64,000 bases of DNA, taken from NCBI RefSeq assembly GCF_009914755.1, contig NC_060925.1; one strand, given 5' to 3'. The notes beneath the pieces are model-generated. The model worked only from the letters and a program-made list of their open reading frames with translations. It was not told where the DNA came from and did no database searches. The stretch comes from the human T2T-CHM13v2.0 reference genome, Homo sapiens. A program made the translations under genes and the position numbers. Each line of letters opens with the position of its first letter. Positions within the stretch are counted from its first letter, which is position 1. Below are positions 1-16,533 of the stretch, piece by piece.

Positions 1-430
1 ACAAAACAGACATTCTTTAAAAAAAAAAAATGCTTAAGTAATCACATTGAGAGCCGACTAACCTTCTTTGAAGATCTTTCATGATAAAAGTACCACTCAA
101 AATTAACAGCTATGATTAATTTGCTAAGTTTTATACCAATTTCGCCCTTAACACTGATATTTTTAACATTGATACGATGTCAAGTATGATGATGAACAAC
201 ATACCATTCATGGCCTCCAAATCCTAGAAAATTTTTTATTTCTTTAACTGTGAGATATTTAAATTTTGAACAATTCCCTGAAAATTCTCAGTGGATTTTT
301 AATTCATTGCAATTCTAGGTTTGAGTCTGCAGATAGAGAAATCTGAGCACTCACAAAGTCACTATTATGGTTTGACAATCAAGAACTCCATTATTAAAGT
401 TCAATTTTAATTTCACAATTAAGTTACAAC

Positions 431-486
431 TTTTGGTCAAATTGAAGGCATTAAGGTATTTTGGTCAAATTGAAGGCATTAAGGTA
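431..486. repeat. Perfect 28-bp tandem duplication
   Basis: ttttggtcaaattgaaggcattaaggta at 431-458 and 459-486. Confidence 0.97.
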
Positions 487-2029
487 GTCAGTACATCCCT
501 CAAAGCTACAGTGGAATAAATAATTATTTCATGCAAGTTTGCTATGTTCCTGATGTCTGAAACAGGTTAAGAGTAGAAAAAAGAATGGCCCATATGCTGT
601 ATTCTTTACTCTTCATCACCAACTGATCAGAAATAACATCAAATGTAACCTCATTGTCTGATTTTTAGTATAACGCAGAGCAAGAAATCTGAGCTGTGTA
701 ACACACCCAAACTTCTACTCAACTACTGTTTCCTGACACTGAAACAGCCAATGCCAACTTCTGTGGGCATTTTCATTTATTAAATGTTGTTAAGGAATGT
801 ATTTAAGATTTCTTTAATTCAAAGCAAATTTTTACTTCTAATTACATGAATTTCCAAGAATTTATATTCTGTCATCTAGTATTTTTTTACTGGCAGATTT
901 ACTATGGTTTACAAGTGTAATATTTTGGAATCTTCTTTACTACATCATTAGTCAATCAATTTTAATGAACTAGTGATGAGATATAATGTATCATATAACT
1001 TTCATCTAAGTTTTAAAGGCTGTATGGCATTTCTAGAGATATAATGCTGCTTTAAATTTGAAAAAGCTAAAGTCACTGAAAGAGTCTAATTATTAAGTGA
1101 TTGGTTATCTGAAATATTAATCATATTTTAAGAAAGCATAAAAATAGTAAGTAAAATAAAAAAGGCAATGTGTAACCAAAATAAGTATCAGTCCATTGAA
1201 AATTGAAGAAGTCAACCAGTGAACTGGCTCTGTTACCTCTATTCAGCCAAGCTGTCAACTTGACTGCCTCTTTTCTTAATCAACTGAGTCTCAAACCGCA
1301 AAGAAAGCAATTACATAACCATCAGTCATTCAGTTGCCAAGATTTATTTCTATCAAGTTTCAATAAGGTTGTATTTAGTTTTGCCTTTACGGCAGTGAAG
1401 GCTTATGGGATACACTTCTTTCTGTATTAATAATAAAAATCATTCCAATCAAGACAATCTGCAACTTAATGTAGAGAAAATCAGAGACCCATAGCACTCA
1501 ATACAGAGAACAATGTACATTTTGTGACATAAATATCACATAATAGACAGATGGAACTCTGAAACTGTAACCTTAGGCTATGTTTAAACTGAATATCAAT
1601 TGCTTATATCAATGATTCTTAAACAGAAGACAGCAGACATGTCCTCTGTTACTAATGTCAGTGTGTTTTATCCCCAAGGGACGCATTCCTTAAGTATACT
1701 GGATTGATTGAGAACCACTCCTATAGATAATAAGTATACTTGCATTTAGCAATAAGGGAAATAAAAAATATTTCTCTAATGTAAAAGTGTATAAACCAAG
1801 AACTTTCCAGTGAGTCAAAATAAGATTTAAATGTACTATAAGTGTCCAGTCATGTTTGGCATGATTGAAATATTTGGTCATGCTGATTAGTTTATATTAG
1901 TGTTTATATAACACTAAGGTAATGGCCATATGCCCCTTTCCAAACCACCCTAATCAGCCCCTGCAAAAACAAATCAGGACAACAACAATGGAACTGAACT
2001 ACTATGTCACCAGTACATCTATCTGTTAT

Positions 2030-2105
2030 TGACCAGGGTATCTTGATGATTAGCACAGTGGCAAAGACATAATCGGTACTTAATAAATATTTGTTGAATT
2101 GATAA
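2030..2105 (+). mobile_element. L2 3'-end remnant
   Basis: agcacagtg...gacata..ggtacttaataaatatttgttgaat, the typical L2 tail. Confidence 0.55.
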
Positions 2106-2277
2106 ATTTGGTTGAATCTGGATAAAATTAGTTACTTCCATAATTGCGATTCCATTGTGAATTATAAAAACTGATAACTTTTTGTTGCTCAGTGCTCCCG
2201 TGAATTTTATGAATAGAAACAACGATACAGTGATAATAGTTTACATTGATTGCCCTGTTTTATTTGTGTATTTACAG

Positions 2278-2385
2278 GCAAATGGACACAGTTTTGTACA
2301 TATGGAACATGAAAAAGCTGTATTACTACTGAAGAGTTTCCAGAACACAGTAGACCTAGTTATTCAACGTGAGCTTACTGTCTAA
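2278..2385 (+). CDS. LRRC7: LRRC7 (densin-180) terminal coding exon, C-terminal part of PDZ domain
   Basis: Acceptor ...tgtgtatttacAG (2276-2277), then [35 protein letters not shown] (35 aa, TAA 2383-2385). This matches the recalled densin C-terminus (PDZ alphaB/betaF). Confidence 0.95.
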
Positions 2386-3985
2386 ATATTTTTTATAAAT
2401 AGTGAAGATACGTCTAGCCAGACCTAATGTTCAAAAATAAATTTATACATAGAAACAAATTTTGCCAATTGCTGGACCAATGGCAAACATTAGTGCCAAA
2501 TGTATAATACTATATGTTAGCACTGACCATCCTTAAAAAATGTTAACTCTATAAATATGATGTTCATGTGGTTATGTATTAGTTTTAATTGTCAGCCTCT
2601 GGCTGTGCATTGGTGCAGTTTTGTTTCTGTTTTTGTTTTTGTTTTTAATCAAATAAGTTTCTTCTCAAAATGGATTTCATATAATTTCGGAGCACGGAAG
2701 CACACACAAGCTCTTTATGAATTCTGCTCTCCATCAGAAACACTGCCTCAAAGTTGTATATGCCTTTATATAGAAAATACAAATATAAAGAATTGTAATT
2801 CCCATAAAATATTTCTAGCACAAGGTATATGTTGGCATATATACAAAAAGAATATAGAGAAAAACAATATTTTCATAAACTAAACATCTCAGATAGAGAA
2901 AAAATATATCTTAAAATAAGACTTTACTATATTGAATCTTTTTCAATAAAAATTACATGATAATGCCTTATGAAAGTAACTGTACATATGGTATAAAGTG
3001 TTTATATTTGGTTCCATATTCATTTGCTAAATTCTCATGACACAGAGTGAAATATTTCATAAATTAGCCATTTATCTCTGGGACCCAAATAAAAATAGGA
3101 TGAACTAATTTGTTCAATGCCTTTAGCTAATTACAATACATGCAGAGTTTAGAAACAGACTAAAGGTCATTGTAGTTAAGTCTTTTTCACCACAAATTTA
3201 AGCAGTGGATGATGGGTGGCAGGAAAGGTATTGCTTTATTTCTTTCAAGTTCATGTTGATTATAAACTGTAGCCCCTGTGATTTCTTTACTTGTAAATGT
3301 GGAATTTATTTGTGTGTTGCTTAATCTAATTTGCTGCTTTTTAAATTATTTAAAACGAATTTTGGAAATTGATAAAATTTATCATTACGAAAGACTGCTG
3401 TTAGAAAGTTATGGTAGGTGATTTTAAATCCTTGGTATTTAAATATGAAACTTCAAATATAATTTCTCAGAGCTGTGGTCTACCTGTATCATTAATTTCA
3501 ATGGCTGTTTTTCTGGGCAGAAATAGATAAAATACTTTTTTTCCAAAAACAGTTTCAAGGTATGTAAAATCCTGAATGCTTTTTCACTGAAGAGAAAGAC
3601 AAGCATGGTTAATGTAGAATTATTTACTTTTCCATTGAAACTATTTTCCTGCATAAATGATCAAAATTTATTTTATAATCCTTTAAAATACTTATCTTTC
3701 ATATTAGTCATTAATTTAATTACAATATTAATTTGAATTTCCAGGATAATTTCCCGGAGTTGGTTGCATGCATTATCTTTCATAATTTTACATAGTTCTT
3801 TTGTTATATAATGAATTTACTTTACATGCTAGTGTTTCAAGTATTGTATGAGGATTTTCACAATAGTATCACTGAATGATGTCACCAGAGCTCTGAGAAT
3901 AATATTTGTAAGTTAACTGTTTTATGGGGACATTGAAAATATTGTATTTTTGTAGGGTCTATTAAAATGAGTGTCACTTATTAGA
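2386..3985 (+). other. LRRC7: LRRC7 proximal 3' UTR
   Basis: Follows the stop codon; AU-rich with no recognisable repeats. AATAAA at 2436, 2945 and 3088, ATTAAA at 3961, and a Pumilio-type TGTACATA at 2981. Confidence 0.8.
3961..3966 (+). terminator. LRRC7: LRRC7 proximal poly(A) signal (ATTAAA)
   Basis: ATTAAA with upstream TGTA motifs (3944, 3951) and a downstream GU/U-rich tract (gtggtatttttt, ~3992-4003). Confidence 0.6.
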
Positions 3986-4658
3986 AGTACAGTGGTATTT
4001 TTTGGCAATAGAATTTGTCACTTGGGAGAAAATAATACTTCACTTTATAGATGATGCACTAATTTTGATGTTGCTTTATGTCAGGGTGACATTATACCAT
4101 GATTTTATAGGGTTTGACAATTAGCTAATGATTAACTGATTGGCCTATTTAGTATGTTTCCCAGAAGTAACTTTTAAATGCATTTTAATATATTGAGAGT
4201 TTCAGATGAGAAATGTCTTTCAGAGACTAATTTTCTTTGTTGAAAACTCATGTCAAGCCACCATATCCAGATATTATAGGATGATCATCATTAATCAAGA
4301 CAGAGGCCTTTACTGGCCTCATAAGATCACTTAAAGAAAAAAAACTCATGGCTGTAGTTTGGTGGCAATGAAACATCTGAAATCATCCCATCAGTTTTTC
4401 TTAATCTTTTATGGGAGAAGTGGGAGAAGAGCCAGATATAGAACTGCCCCAAGTCTTTTTCTTATGGTTTCTATATCAAACCCAGGGCTTCAGGAGATCC
4501 TTCTAAGACACACAGCTGAAAGGATCATAATCCTAGTAAACACCTCTGCCACTCCTGATGTGACAACATTGTCCTGAGCCACTTCTTTAGTACTTCCTGT
4601 TCTGCAGTTCAGAAATGAGGAAAAGAGAAAAGGGATCCTTGACCAACTGGAAAAGTTA

Positions 4659-5042
<384 letters not shown>

Positions 5043-5723
5043 TTATTTAAGTAGAAAAGAGGCAATTTTTTTTAGGTTGACTGAATAGAATCACTAAACA
5101 CTTGAGGGGTATAAACCTCACTAATTCTATAGGTGATGAAAACCAATTATACATTGATTTTTGATTATTGACTTTTTGCAGTAACTGATTTTGCTGCCTG
5201 AAATTAGAATCTGGTTATTTTAACAATAAAAAAAAGTCAAGGGTGTGCCTTTTAAAAAAAAAAAAGAAAAATCAATAACAACAAAAAGAACTGGAATTCA
5301 TGATGGCTCCAGTAGATTCTACCTCTTGGTCTTTAATTTTTATTGGACTGTTTCTGAGGAAGGTGTTTATATGTGATAAGTCAGTAAGATCTAATGGAGG
5401 AGACTGAGAAACATTAGAGGTAGAAAGAGCAAGTGATGAAAATTACTAGTAAAATTGCAAATTTTGCAAGACAAATAGATATTAGTGGACAATTTTTAAA
5501 ACTATTTACAAGGCTCATAATATTTTGTCATTAAAGCTCTGCTATGATAACTCCAGCCTTCTGATGACAACACAGTAACCTAAACATACATAGTAACTCC
5601 AAAGTATAAGTGCATTTTTGACAAGGAATATTCAAAGTCAGTATGAAATAAAACATTATGCTAATGTATTGCTCATTGAAGCCTATAAAAGATATGTATC
5701 TCCATTACTTAGAATTGTAATTA

Positions 5724-5803
5724 TTAGGTTGCTGAAAAAGTAATTGCGGTTTTTACCATTAAAAGTGCAGGCAAAAACCACAATTACTTTTGTTCCAACC
5801 TAG
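5724..5803. mobile_element. MADE1 (Hsmar1-derived MITE)
   Basis: 80-bp near-palindrome ttaggttgctgaaaaagtaattgcggtttt...aaaaccacaattacttttgttccaacctag flanked by TA. Confidence 0.9.
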
Positions 5804-6008
5804 TACATAGATGTAAAACAATCTCAGTTGTTTCTGGACCTTACCTTGGATCACGACCTTTGAGATGGAAAACAGCTTTGAGGAGAGACTGACAAGCCAA
5901 TGTTAATTTGCTCTTAATCTTAAAGATGATTGCACACATATCACTAATGTAATTACTTATTTAAAAATAGGACTGACATATCTTTCAACTGGTGAGCTAA
6001 AGAGAGAG

Positions 6009-6357
<349 letters not shown>

Positions 6358-8450
6358 TCAAATATTAAGTGAAAAGTATCTGAATTTGTCAAAATGGTTA
6401 GATGAAAGAAACCAAAAAAACCATTTTATTTTTAATCATAAAATCTATTTAATATATATTTAATATCTATTAATATTTAAGCTTTCCAGTGTAAAGCTTT
6501 GGAAAATGTAGTGTGCTTGCCACCTTGTCTTTCCGTTTAGTATGTTTACTAACTGTTAAGGACAGTCTTAACGCTGTCCCTAACCAATTTCTACCCCTCA
6601 TTAGCACACCGATCAAATATGTCTGATGAATACATTCTCATCAAGAGGCAAGAATACAACATAACCAGGTCAAAAGCCATACTGAAATAGGACTACCACT
6701 CAAAGTCTTTGATAAATTCGATCAAACAACATATTTGACTAATTTGTGATATGCCGACCAAACAGCAAGTTTATTGGCACACTGGGTCAATAAAAAGTTA
6801 TGCAAATAATGAAATCCAATAGGTTAAGAAGATGGGTCCTTTATCTAGTATAAAGAAAAGCGGGGTTGAAGTTCCACTGTAGTTCCTTTCACAGAAATGC
6901 TAAATCTTACTGAGCTTAACTAAATGTTCAAACTCTGGGTTGGTAATGTGTCCTCTCTTCACACTTGTAGCTACCTGATCATCTGGGACTTGGGGGGCAT
7001 CTCCAGGTTGGTGATCACTTGCATGAACATTTTTCCTTAGCAATACAACCACCTTCTGTTAAGAAAAGCATCTTGCCTTGGCTCAGAATATTTCCCATCA
7101 CCCACCAACACCATACCCAAAGAATACATTATAGCAAGAAAACAGAATGTGGGCTGTGGACAAATAGATGTGCGCTATGTATAGAAAGCATGTGGGTCAC
7201 TATTACAGGAGATCCTGAGTGTCAGCTCCATTTTGATCTAAACTGTTCAGGAAATCTATTTTCCAAGATGCACCACTTGTACAAACTAAGGTAGATGCAA
7301 TCAAGTTTTCCAGTCATATCCTGAACCTTCTGGGGGCATTTCTGTTTCTAGCGTGTAAAACTGACCTGTCTTCATTGCTGCAGTTGCTGCTATAGATCCG
7401 TCCCTCCAACTCCCCATGTTTTTCCAAAGGCAGTGGATGTCTGCTTCTATCCTGCTGAAACACAGATAAGAGACCCTCTTAGAGTGATAGCTGTTCGGAG
7501 AGCCTTGAGTATCAACAGATGGTTACAGCTCCCAATTTGGGAGGAACTTTCTTGGGTAACGCAGGAACCTGGAGTAGTAGCATTAACTAAGGCCCAAAGA
7601 TGGAGTGCTTATAATGTTACTGACAACAACAAACAAAGCCTGTGTGCAATGGTGGGGGTGGCAATGCCTTTATAAAACTGTTTCTGCTTCTGTTTTTAAA
7701 ATGTTGGGTTTTGCTGTGTTGAGGAACTTTCTCTAAGCCTCTCAGCTTCTTACTGAGACAGGTTCCAATCTTCCTTACTTTCAACACTGCCTGCAAGAGA
7801 ATGGTTTGGAAACACTCCCTGGTAAGGATATAAATTGCACAGCTTCTACTTTGGAGAATTCAGAGATTTTTGAAAAACCGAGGGGGCAAGTCTACTCTAA
7901 GTTTTTATTTAAAAACATACAGTTAAAGTATAGGAATATTGAGTCCCTTGGGATTTTAACCATGTGATTATGTCAACCTTCCCTAAGAACAGTTCTATGG
8001 GAAGTAAGGAGAAAAGACCTGAGAGAGGAGAAAATTTACTGGTTAACTTCAGAGGCATTTCTTCAGCTGGTAGAGTCTTCCCAGTTGGGTTCTGAGCTCA
8101 TGCTCTTTGTAACAACACACTGAGCACTAAGCAATGTAAGAAATGGGCCTGGATTAAGGCATGCAGAAATGAGAAGGATACCTCTGCAGCTCTGTCAATA
8201 CTTCCACAAATTGTCTGCAAAACACCCCTTTTGTGCCTAATTTTGTTATGGCAGCACCTCAAAAGGTGGAAGGTTGTGAAATTCACGCAGCATTTATGTA
8301 AACATTCCATGACTCTTATTAGTCTACGGTTGGAACCACTATGTAGTCCTACCCAAAGACAAGGTCTGGGTCAAATTTCCACAGGTGAGATTTTGAAACC
8401 TGGCATAATTTTCTCTTCTCCTTTTTTGAAAAAAAGACTTTTATGTGACT

Positions 8451-8771
<321 letters not shown>

Positions 8772-9159
8772 TAAGCTAGCATAGATTTCACTGGGTGTAG
8801 AAATTGGTGTTGAAAGAAAGTTAAATGAATCACCCAATCTTTCTCTAGTTTTGAAAGTGTATTTTTTTATCACTGTTGCACAAGTGTATTGTTTGTGCTT
8901 ATTTTTTTCCTTCTTTAAAATAACAGGTTGAATAAGCAGCCTAACAAATAGCCAAGTATCTTTACATCCAGAGTAAAGTATCTTAGTACAGGGAACTTTA
9001 TTTTCATAGCAAACTCTTGTACTTCCTCCACAGGAAAACATTTACTGTAGCTGAATCTCTGAGGCCTAAAGTATATTATTCATAAACTGAAAACATTTGG
9101 AGACATTTCATTGAAGAATATAACAAAAACATTAAATATTATGATTATAAATATTAAAA

Positions 9160-9290
9160 TAAATATTTGTTGGGCATCAACTACATATCAGGTACTATGA
9201 GGGATGTAATGTGGTCCCCTCAGCACAGAATCTCACAGTCCAGAGGAAAGATGAGAGAAGTTCCACATCAAAGACAGTACAAGGCAATGT
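9160..9290 (-). mobile_element. L2 remnant
   Basis: aaatatttgttgggca...tggtcccct...ctcacagtccag pattern. Confidence 0.45.
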
Positions 9291-9459
9291 GGTGAGTCCC
9301 TTTATTCCTGCCCTCAACCATCCTATTGCAAAAGGAAATCGAGTCTTTATCTAGTCAAATCTGTTTCAGTTTGAGCATGGTTTGTTCCATTTGGAGCTAC
9401 AGATAGGTCTTCTGCTGGTTCTTGTGACCTTCACACAGCTCACATAAAGAGTGTCACGA

Positions 9460-9760
<301 letters not shown>

Positions 9761-10419
9761 TCACGAAAAGTGTGAGCTAGATGAATATTTGCCAGGATTT
9801 AGGGCAACATTTGATAGGCTAAACGTGCCAAGTGTGAATGCCTTACTAGACAAGATAAATAGCAACCAGAATCTCTTGAATCTCTGGAAGAGGAGCGAGA
9901 ATTTTGCCAATTTGTTCTAAAGAGGAAAGGAAATGAAGAAAGGTGTTCCTCAACTTGGTCCAGCACTGAGTCTGTATGCCCCTGACGTTACGGGAGAAGG
10001 AGATGGAATTCAACACTTTAAAAAGTGTGGGGGGGTTGCTTGAAAAGAGTCTTCTAGGTTCAGCGGCCCCAAAAAGTCCCTCCTATGACCACTGTCAGGG
10101 AGCGTGGGAATCCATGCTGTCCAATGTTAGAATGACCCACTCCGAAATGCAAGGAGTTGAACAATCATTCAGCTGGCTGCATTTCATGTTTATTTACTTC
10201 ACTTTTTGGGTGGAGAACATTTTCACTACACGCTGCTCAAGTGATCCCCTGAAAATACTGTTTGCATGAGATTGGATCACACATACCATGTATCATCAAC
10301 ATCTATTCTTCTAAGGAGTTCTGATCCTCTGAATCTGGAAATTGTTTTCTTTTCTTCACCCTATGCATACTCAGTGTTTTAGACACATATAAATCCTTAC
10401 TTTTCCAAGTATTCGCTGT

Positions 10420-10845
10420 GTTTTATATTTCAGCTTTTGCCCACACTATCCCTCTACTGGAATGCCTTCCTCTCCCTATTCCCTTTCTAAATTATTAAAA
10501 TCATATGCAGCCTTCAGAGCCCAGCTCAAACAGCACTAGAACCATGAAACCCTCCCTAGTCTTCATGGAAAAAAATTTCTGTACTCAGCACTACCATATT
10601 AATTTTTTCTTATGTTTTTTAGTATCTTTCCCATTCTGCCTGAGATCATAGCTATTTGGTGTTTGTTTTTCCTATGAACTTTAAGCTTTTTGAGAGAGAG
10701 GATCAGACAATACTTAACAAAGGACTTCTAGACAGAAGAGCCTCAGGAGAGGTAAAATGACCAGATGTTTTGTTTACCATATATCCTTAATGCCTGTCAT
10801 AGTGTCAGAAACATAGTATAGGTTCTCAATAAATATTTGTGTAAT
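10420..10845 (+). mobile_element. L2 remnant
   Basis: tggaatgccttcct...ccttcagagcccagctcaaa...ctcaataaatatttg. Confidence 0.55.
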
Positions 10846-12857
10846 TATTAAGTGGATGACAGGCCTGGCACATAGTGCACTTTATAAATATTGAACTAAA
10901 CAGCAAATTGATCTTCAGTTTGTGTAACCTTAAACTACCAACCTTTCATCTTCTCAGTTGACTCAAAATTCCCAGTTAAAAAAAATTTCTCCTTTTTAAA
11001 TCAGTCTTCCTCCTCTCTTCAGCATTTTTTCTAAGACATTTTTGGTCTTTTCTGCTGTGTTTCAGCAGTTACATTTAATTTTCCTTTTGTGTGTTCTAAG
11101 GACCTTAACACTATCCAAAAAGTAACACCATTCAAAAAGTTTAAGAAGTGGCTTTTATTTAATTGGAGCACACCATATCTATCCTTTTGATTTGATTGGG
11201 TTTCCTTTCTCTTTGAGAAGAAGTCATGCACATTGTCACTAGATTACGTTACCTAAGCAATTTTTACAATTTGGATGTGGAGGGAAGAATAAAAGATGTC
11301 ATGAGAGAGACGAGGCTACGGAAGTGTAGTTGAGAGAAAGGGGTCTTCACCTACCTATTTAGCTCTAAATTTTAATCAAACTGCTGCCAAATGCTGCCCG
11401 TCCTTTAAGTAGATAAAAGAATAGTCTGTCTACAGGCTGTTGGCCACAGTTGAGCATGACAATGTTTACACACTGCATTTTGGCATCATTTCATGAATAG
11501 ATCCCACCCCCTATATCCCTAAAGTGAAGATGTCATATAGTTCAGCCAAAATTATCAAGCCACTGTAAAAGCTATATAATTGATATGATTAACTATTTAG
11601 ATAGAGCACAGAAAAAAAATCAGGGTTACCTTGACAAAACCATGTTACCCCTCCCAAACTTTTATAGAGATAGAATCTGGCCTGTTGATCTCAAAGTAGA
11701 AAGAAAGCATGCTATTTATACTGCCATGATCTTTGGCTTCATTAGATCCTTCCCCTGAAGGGACAAAAAATGGAATCCAGCCCCTTAAAACAAAAATGAT
11801 ATCTAACTGGGAATCTAATGATATCTAAGACCCCCAGGTTGGTAAGCTCCTAACCACAATCCCTTTATTACCTCATGGGACCTTAATTTCCTTTCAAGTA
11901 AAACATTTCTGTCCTAGCTTTCTCACAAAACTATTTCCCATGTCTTTCTATTTGGGTTTCATAGCTAAGTAACTCCAGAATTGAGTGAAATATTCCGAAA
12001 CATTAAATGTTTTGTCATTGACTCTTTTACTTATACTATTAATATTAATTACTCTTATTCTACCTCTGCTTTTTAATTTCTTTGTATAAAGAGAACTTGA
12101 TAACTATCAAGTTAATTATGTCTTCTTCTCATAAAATTTTTGATTTAGAAAGATTTAGATAAAGTCATAGTATATCTTGAAGGAAACAGCCACCATTGCT
12201 GTCTTTGATAGCATGATGCCTCAAACTCTCCAGGGGCCTACTCTTTGGTATCTTATAGCCCAGTGTCTATACATTTACATGGGTAAAAGAATGCCAATGT
12301 CTCTTTGAACAAAAATAAATGAAAAATGAACTGGAAAAGTGAAATATTAATTGAGAGAGTGACATTATCTTAGGATAGTAAGAATATTTTAGAATAGTAA
12401 GAGTACTTTAATGAAATATTTTTAAGTAAGAGCATTTTAGAATAATGAGAATAATGAGTGAGTAAGGAACAAGAACAGACTAGGGCTGGGAAAGAGGGGA
12501 ATTAATAAGTTATTAAGGAAGAAAGAATGAGAAAGACAAAAGAAGGGCAATAGAGGACTGATACAGAGAATCAGAGAGGAACTGGATAAAAGAAATCAGA
12601 TTCAGGCATATCCTCCAGTCTCTTCGTTCTGGTGACCATGCCCCTTCTTCAGACAGCCCTGAATTCCCTTCCTCTCTCTCTGCTCTCTCTTGGCCAGAGG
12701 AGTAATCGTTCAGCTCTTCTTGGTTTCTGCCTTCCCTCCTGCTCTTCCAGATGTCAAAAGAAGAATTTACAGTGAAAAATAAGGTGCATATTAGAAATAT
12801 ATTTAGTTTAATTGCTATTCATTTCTAGAAACTATTTTTGTCTAACGTCATAGGTAA

Positions 12858-13263
<406 letters not shown>

Positions 13264-13623
13264 GTACTTTTCTTAAATAAAGACTAATGTCAGACAGTGT
13301 GGCTACAGGTAAAAGCTCTGTGGAGAAAGGAGCAAAATTATTGTCCTATCATAAGACAGAAAGGGACCTTGAGAGGATCTGGTTCATTTGTCTATCTTCA
13401 GGGAAGGATTCATGCTATTCTTAAATTCCTGGAGCGAAGGGGTGAACATTTCCCTCTGTAACCCACCCTTATAAAGCAACAAATTGTGTTTCATCTCAAT
13501 AAAATCCTCTAGTTTAAATTACTGCGTTCAACTCTGACAAATACTATCCTCATATTTAGTTGTACACATCCGCATACTCTTTTAAAGAAACATGTGTCTG
13601 CAGTTCAGAAGAGCCACCACTAG

Positions 13624-14020
<397 letters not shown>

Positions 14021-16533
14021 TGATACAATTGCTAACAACACCCCTTTCCTTTCTCCTTTGAGAAAATTTGAAACAATGCTCTAAATTTACACAATTTAAG
14101 AAAAAAACAAGAGCTTTGAGCTTATTTTAGGCAGTTTATATGTTTTTTTACTAAACCTCTCAGATTGTATCAATCACCCAAAACCTAATGAGACAGAAAC
14201 CACTTTCTCAGTGAGGCTTGATTGTTTAAAGTTTTGATGTTCCTTAATTGTTCAGTTTAATTATTATGCCCACCAGTTTAATAGTTCTTCTCTAACTTGT
14301 GTTTTCCAAATATTTTGCTCCTATCTCCCATTATTTTAGCCACACTTCCTTCAGGTATGCCCATTCCAAGTATGTGGGAATAGATTTGTCTCAAGTTACT
14401 CAAAATTTATTTTTAAAGTTAACTTTCCAGAACTTAAACATCAGGAACTGTGGTTAAGTTTGCCTAGCCTTCTTTATGTAATTCTAAAACTAGTCCAATC
14501 TGAATATGTGTGCATCTGGGTATAGCTTTATTTCCATCTGGCAATAACTAGGCATCTACAATAAACGCCTAATTTTTCATTTTATTTATGTGTATGAGTA
14601 ATCAGCATAATATGACAATCAGATTTTATTTTATTATGAAGTGAATAAGAAATGTATTTCGAAATGTATTTCAAAATGTCTCTCACAAAGTGATCATTGG
14701 ATTCCCAAGGTAGTTTGCAATCTCCCCAGCCTCTCTCCTTTCAGTGGGAATATCTGGGTGCTGAAGGCAGAGAACCCCTGGCGGCCTTGGTGACATGTGT
14801 CCTCAAGCTATTTTGGTTCTTCTTAGTCATTTGAAATTCCAGGGCCTCTGATGGCTGGATCATTGCTAAAAAGGCCAAATGTTTTTGTTTACTTCCTCTA
14901 AGCTAATTATATCCTCACCCTCACAGCTTAGCCAGCCTCCTGGTCTGAGCTTCTTCTTTGCTAATTCCATCAAAGCCCTACTTATATGGGTTTCAGGTGT
15001 TCCCCTGCCAACCATTTAATCTTTTTTTCTTCCAACCCGGAGCAAAGGTAGAGGGAAGACAAGGTGTTCTTTCCCAAAGTTTATGTGAAGCCATTTATAT
15101 CCTCTGGTGTTTTCCTCCAAAAAAAACAATTTCCTTCTAGCCACATGATCACCAGATACTAATACAGAATACTCTTTCTTAGCAAATTCAATTTAACCTT
15201 CTTTGGGGGTTAATATTTTGTAAGTTCTTTCTGACCTCAAGCCTGCCAATTTTAGTGCACCATTTTGGGTTTGTTTACCAAGTGTTCTTCCTCTCTTTTC
15301 AGAGAAGTTAAATATCTCCTTAACAAATTTAAATTGTACACAACAGTGCCACCCATTTTAAAGCAAATACGGCAGGTGTCCACCATTGTTTTGGATACAG
15401 CTTTTGAGTTTTTGATTTGCCTGATGTTCTATTTCATCTTTTTTATTCCTTCTATTTTCCATAACCTTTTAATGATAGGTTTAGTTGTAAAATCCAGAAC
15501 TATTTAAATACTAGAATGAAAATTAGATAGAATTTTACTGAAGAGTATAAGAGAAAACGTCTTGAAAGTTTGTATGTATGTATTCCAGTTGCGCTTTTTA
15601 TTTCTTTTTTCCTTTCTTTTCTTTTGCACTACCTCAGATTTTTGGTATCCACTATTAGCGAAGTATTTTTTTCTTTGTCTTCTATGGATAATCTTAATTT
15701 TTTATTCCTAGGAGCAACCTCTAGGTCAGTGCTTGCTATCCAGCCACTAGCATAGTTCCCCAGGAGCAGGCTATGATCATCTCCTCAAAGCACGGGGGCT
15801 TGTGGCTTATTCTTTTCACTTTTTTACCCATCTCCGTGCCATACTGTAGAACAAACATCATTTTTTTAGTTCTGTCATGAGGTAAAGATGTAAAGATGTA
15901 AAAAGCTCTGCTTTTAGGTACAACAAATGGAAATATCATCTAGGCTGGGTTGGGGTGCAGGACCCCCAGCAGCTGTGGGAAGAGAAGAGAGCAGGAGAAG
16001 CTGTCACTTAAAATGCACTGAGATCCTTTTGAAACATCTCACGCACTCCTCCCCAACCCCGACTCCAAGGGTGCTGCTTGTCCAACTGTGTCACCTCCCT
16101 GACAAATAAGTGAATATCCATCATATTCAAGACTTCACTTTTATTGATGATCATTAAGCTAGAATCTGTAAAAGAGAAAGTTGTTAGATAGTGAACAAGT
16201 CCCATTCTCTAAAAGTGATTTTTTCTCTAGGATATCATCATCCAAACTATTCTTGCCCTGTAATATTTGTCTATACTGTCTTGATTGTTTTAAACCAGCC
16301 ATCTTTGATAGCCAGTTTTGGGATATAAATCTTCAGCCATACTTGTAGAATCGTTTGACTAAGCAACGGGTATCTTGCACTTGATAGGTTCTCACAGTCT
16401 CATTATGATCAAGACAGATATTCTAGCAGGACATCACTGCTATATTCTTTATAAAACCATGAATGTTGCTAGCAAACAGTTCAGGCATTTCTTTGTGGCC
16501 ATTTCCCAGAGAAATTCAAACTTGGGAATTAAT

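Noticed and set aside
6555-6584. Small hairpin gttaaggacag...ctgtccctaac
   Set aside because: An 11-bp stem with a mismatch is expected by chance in 64 kb.
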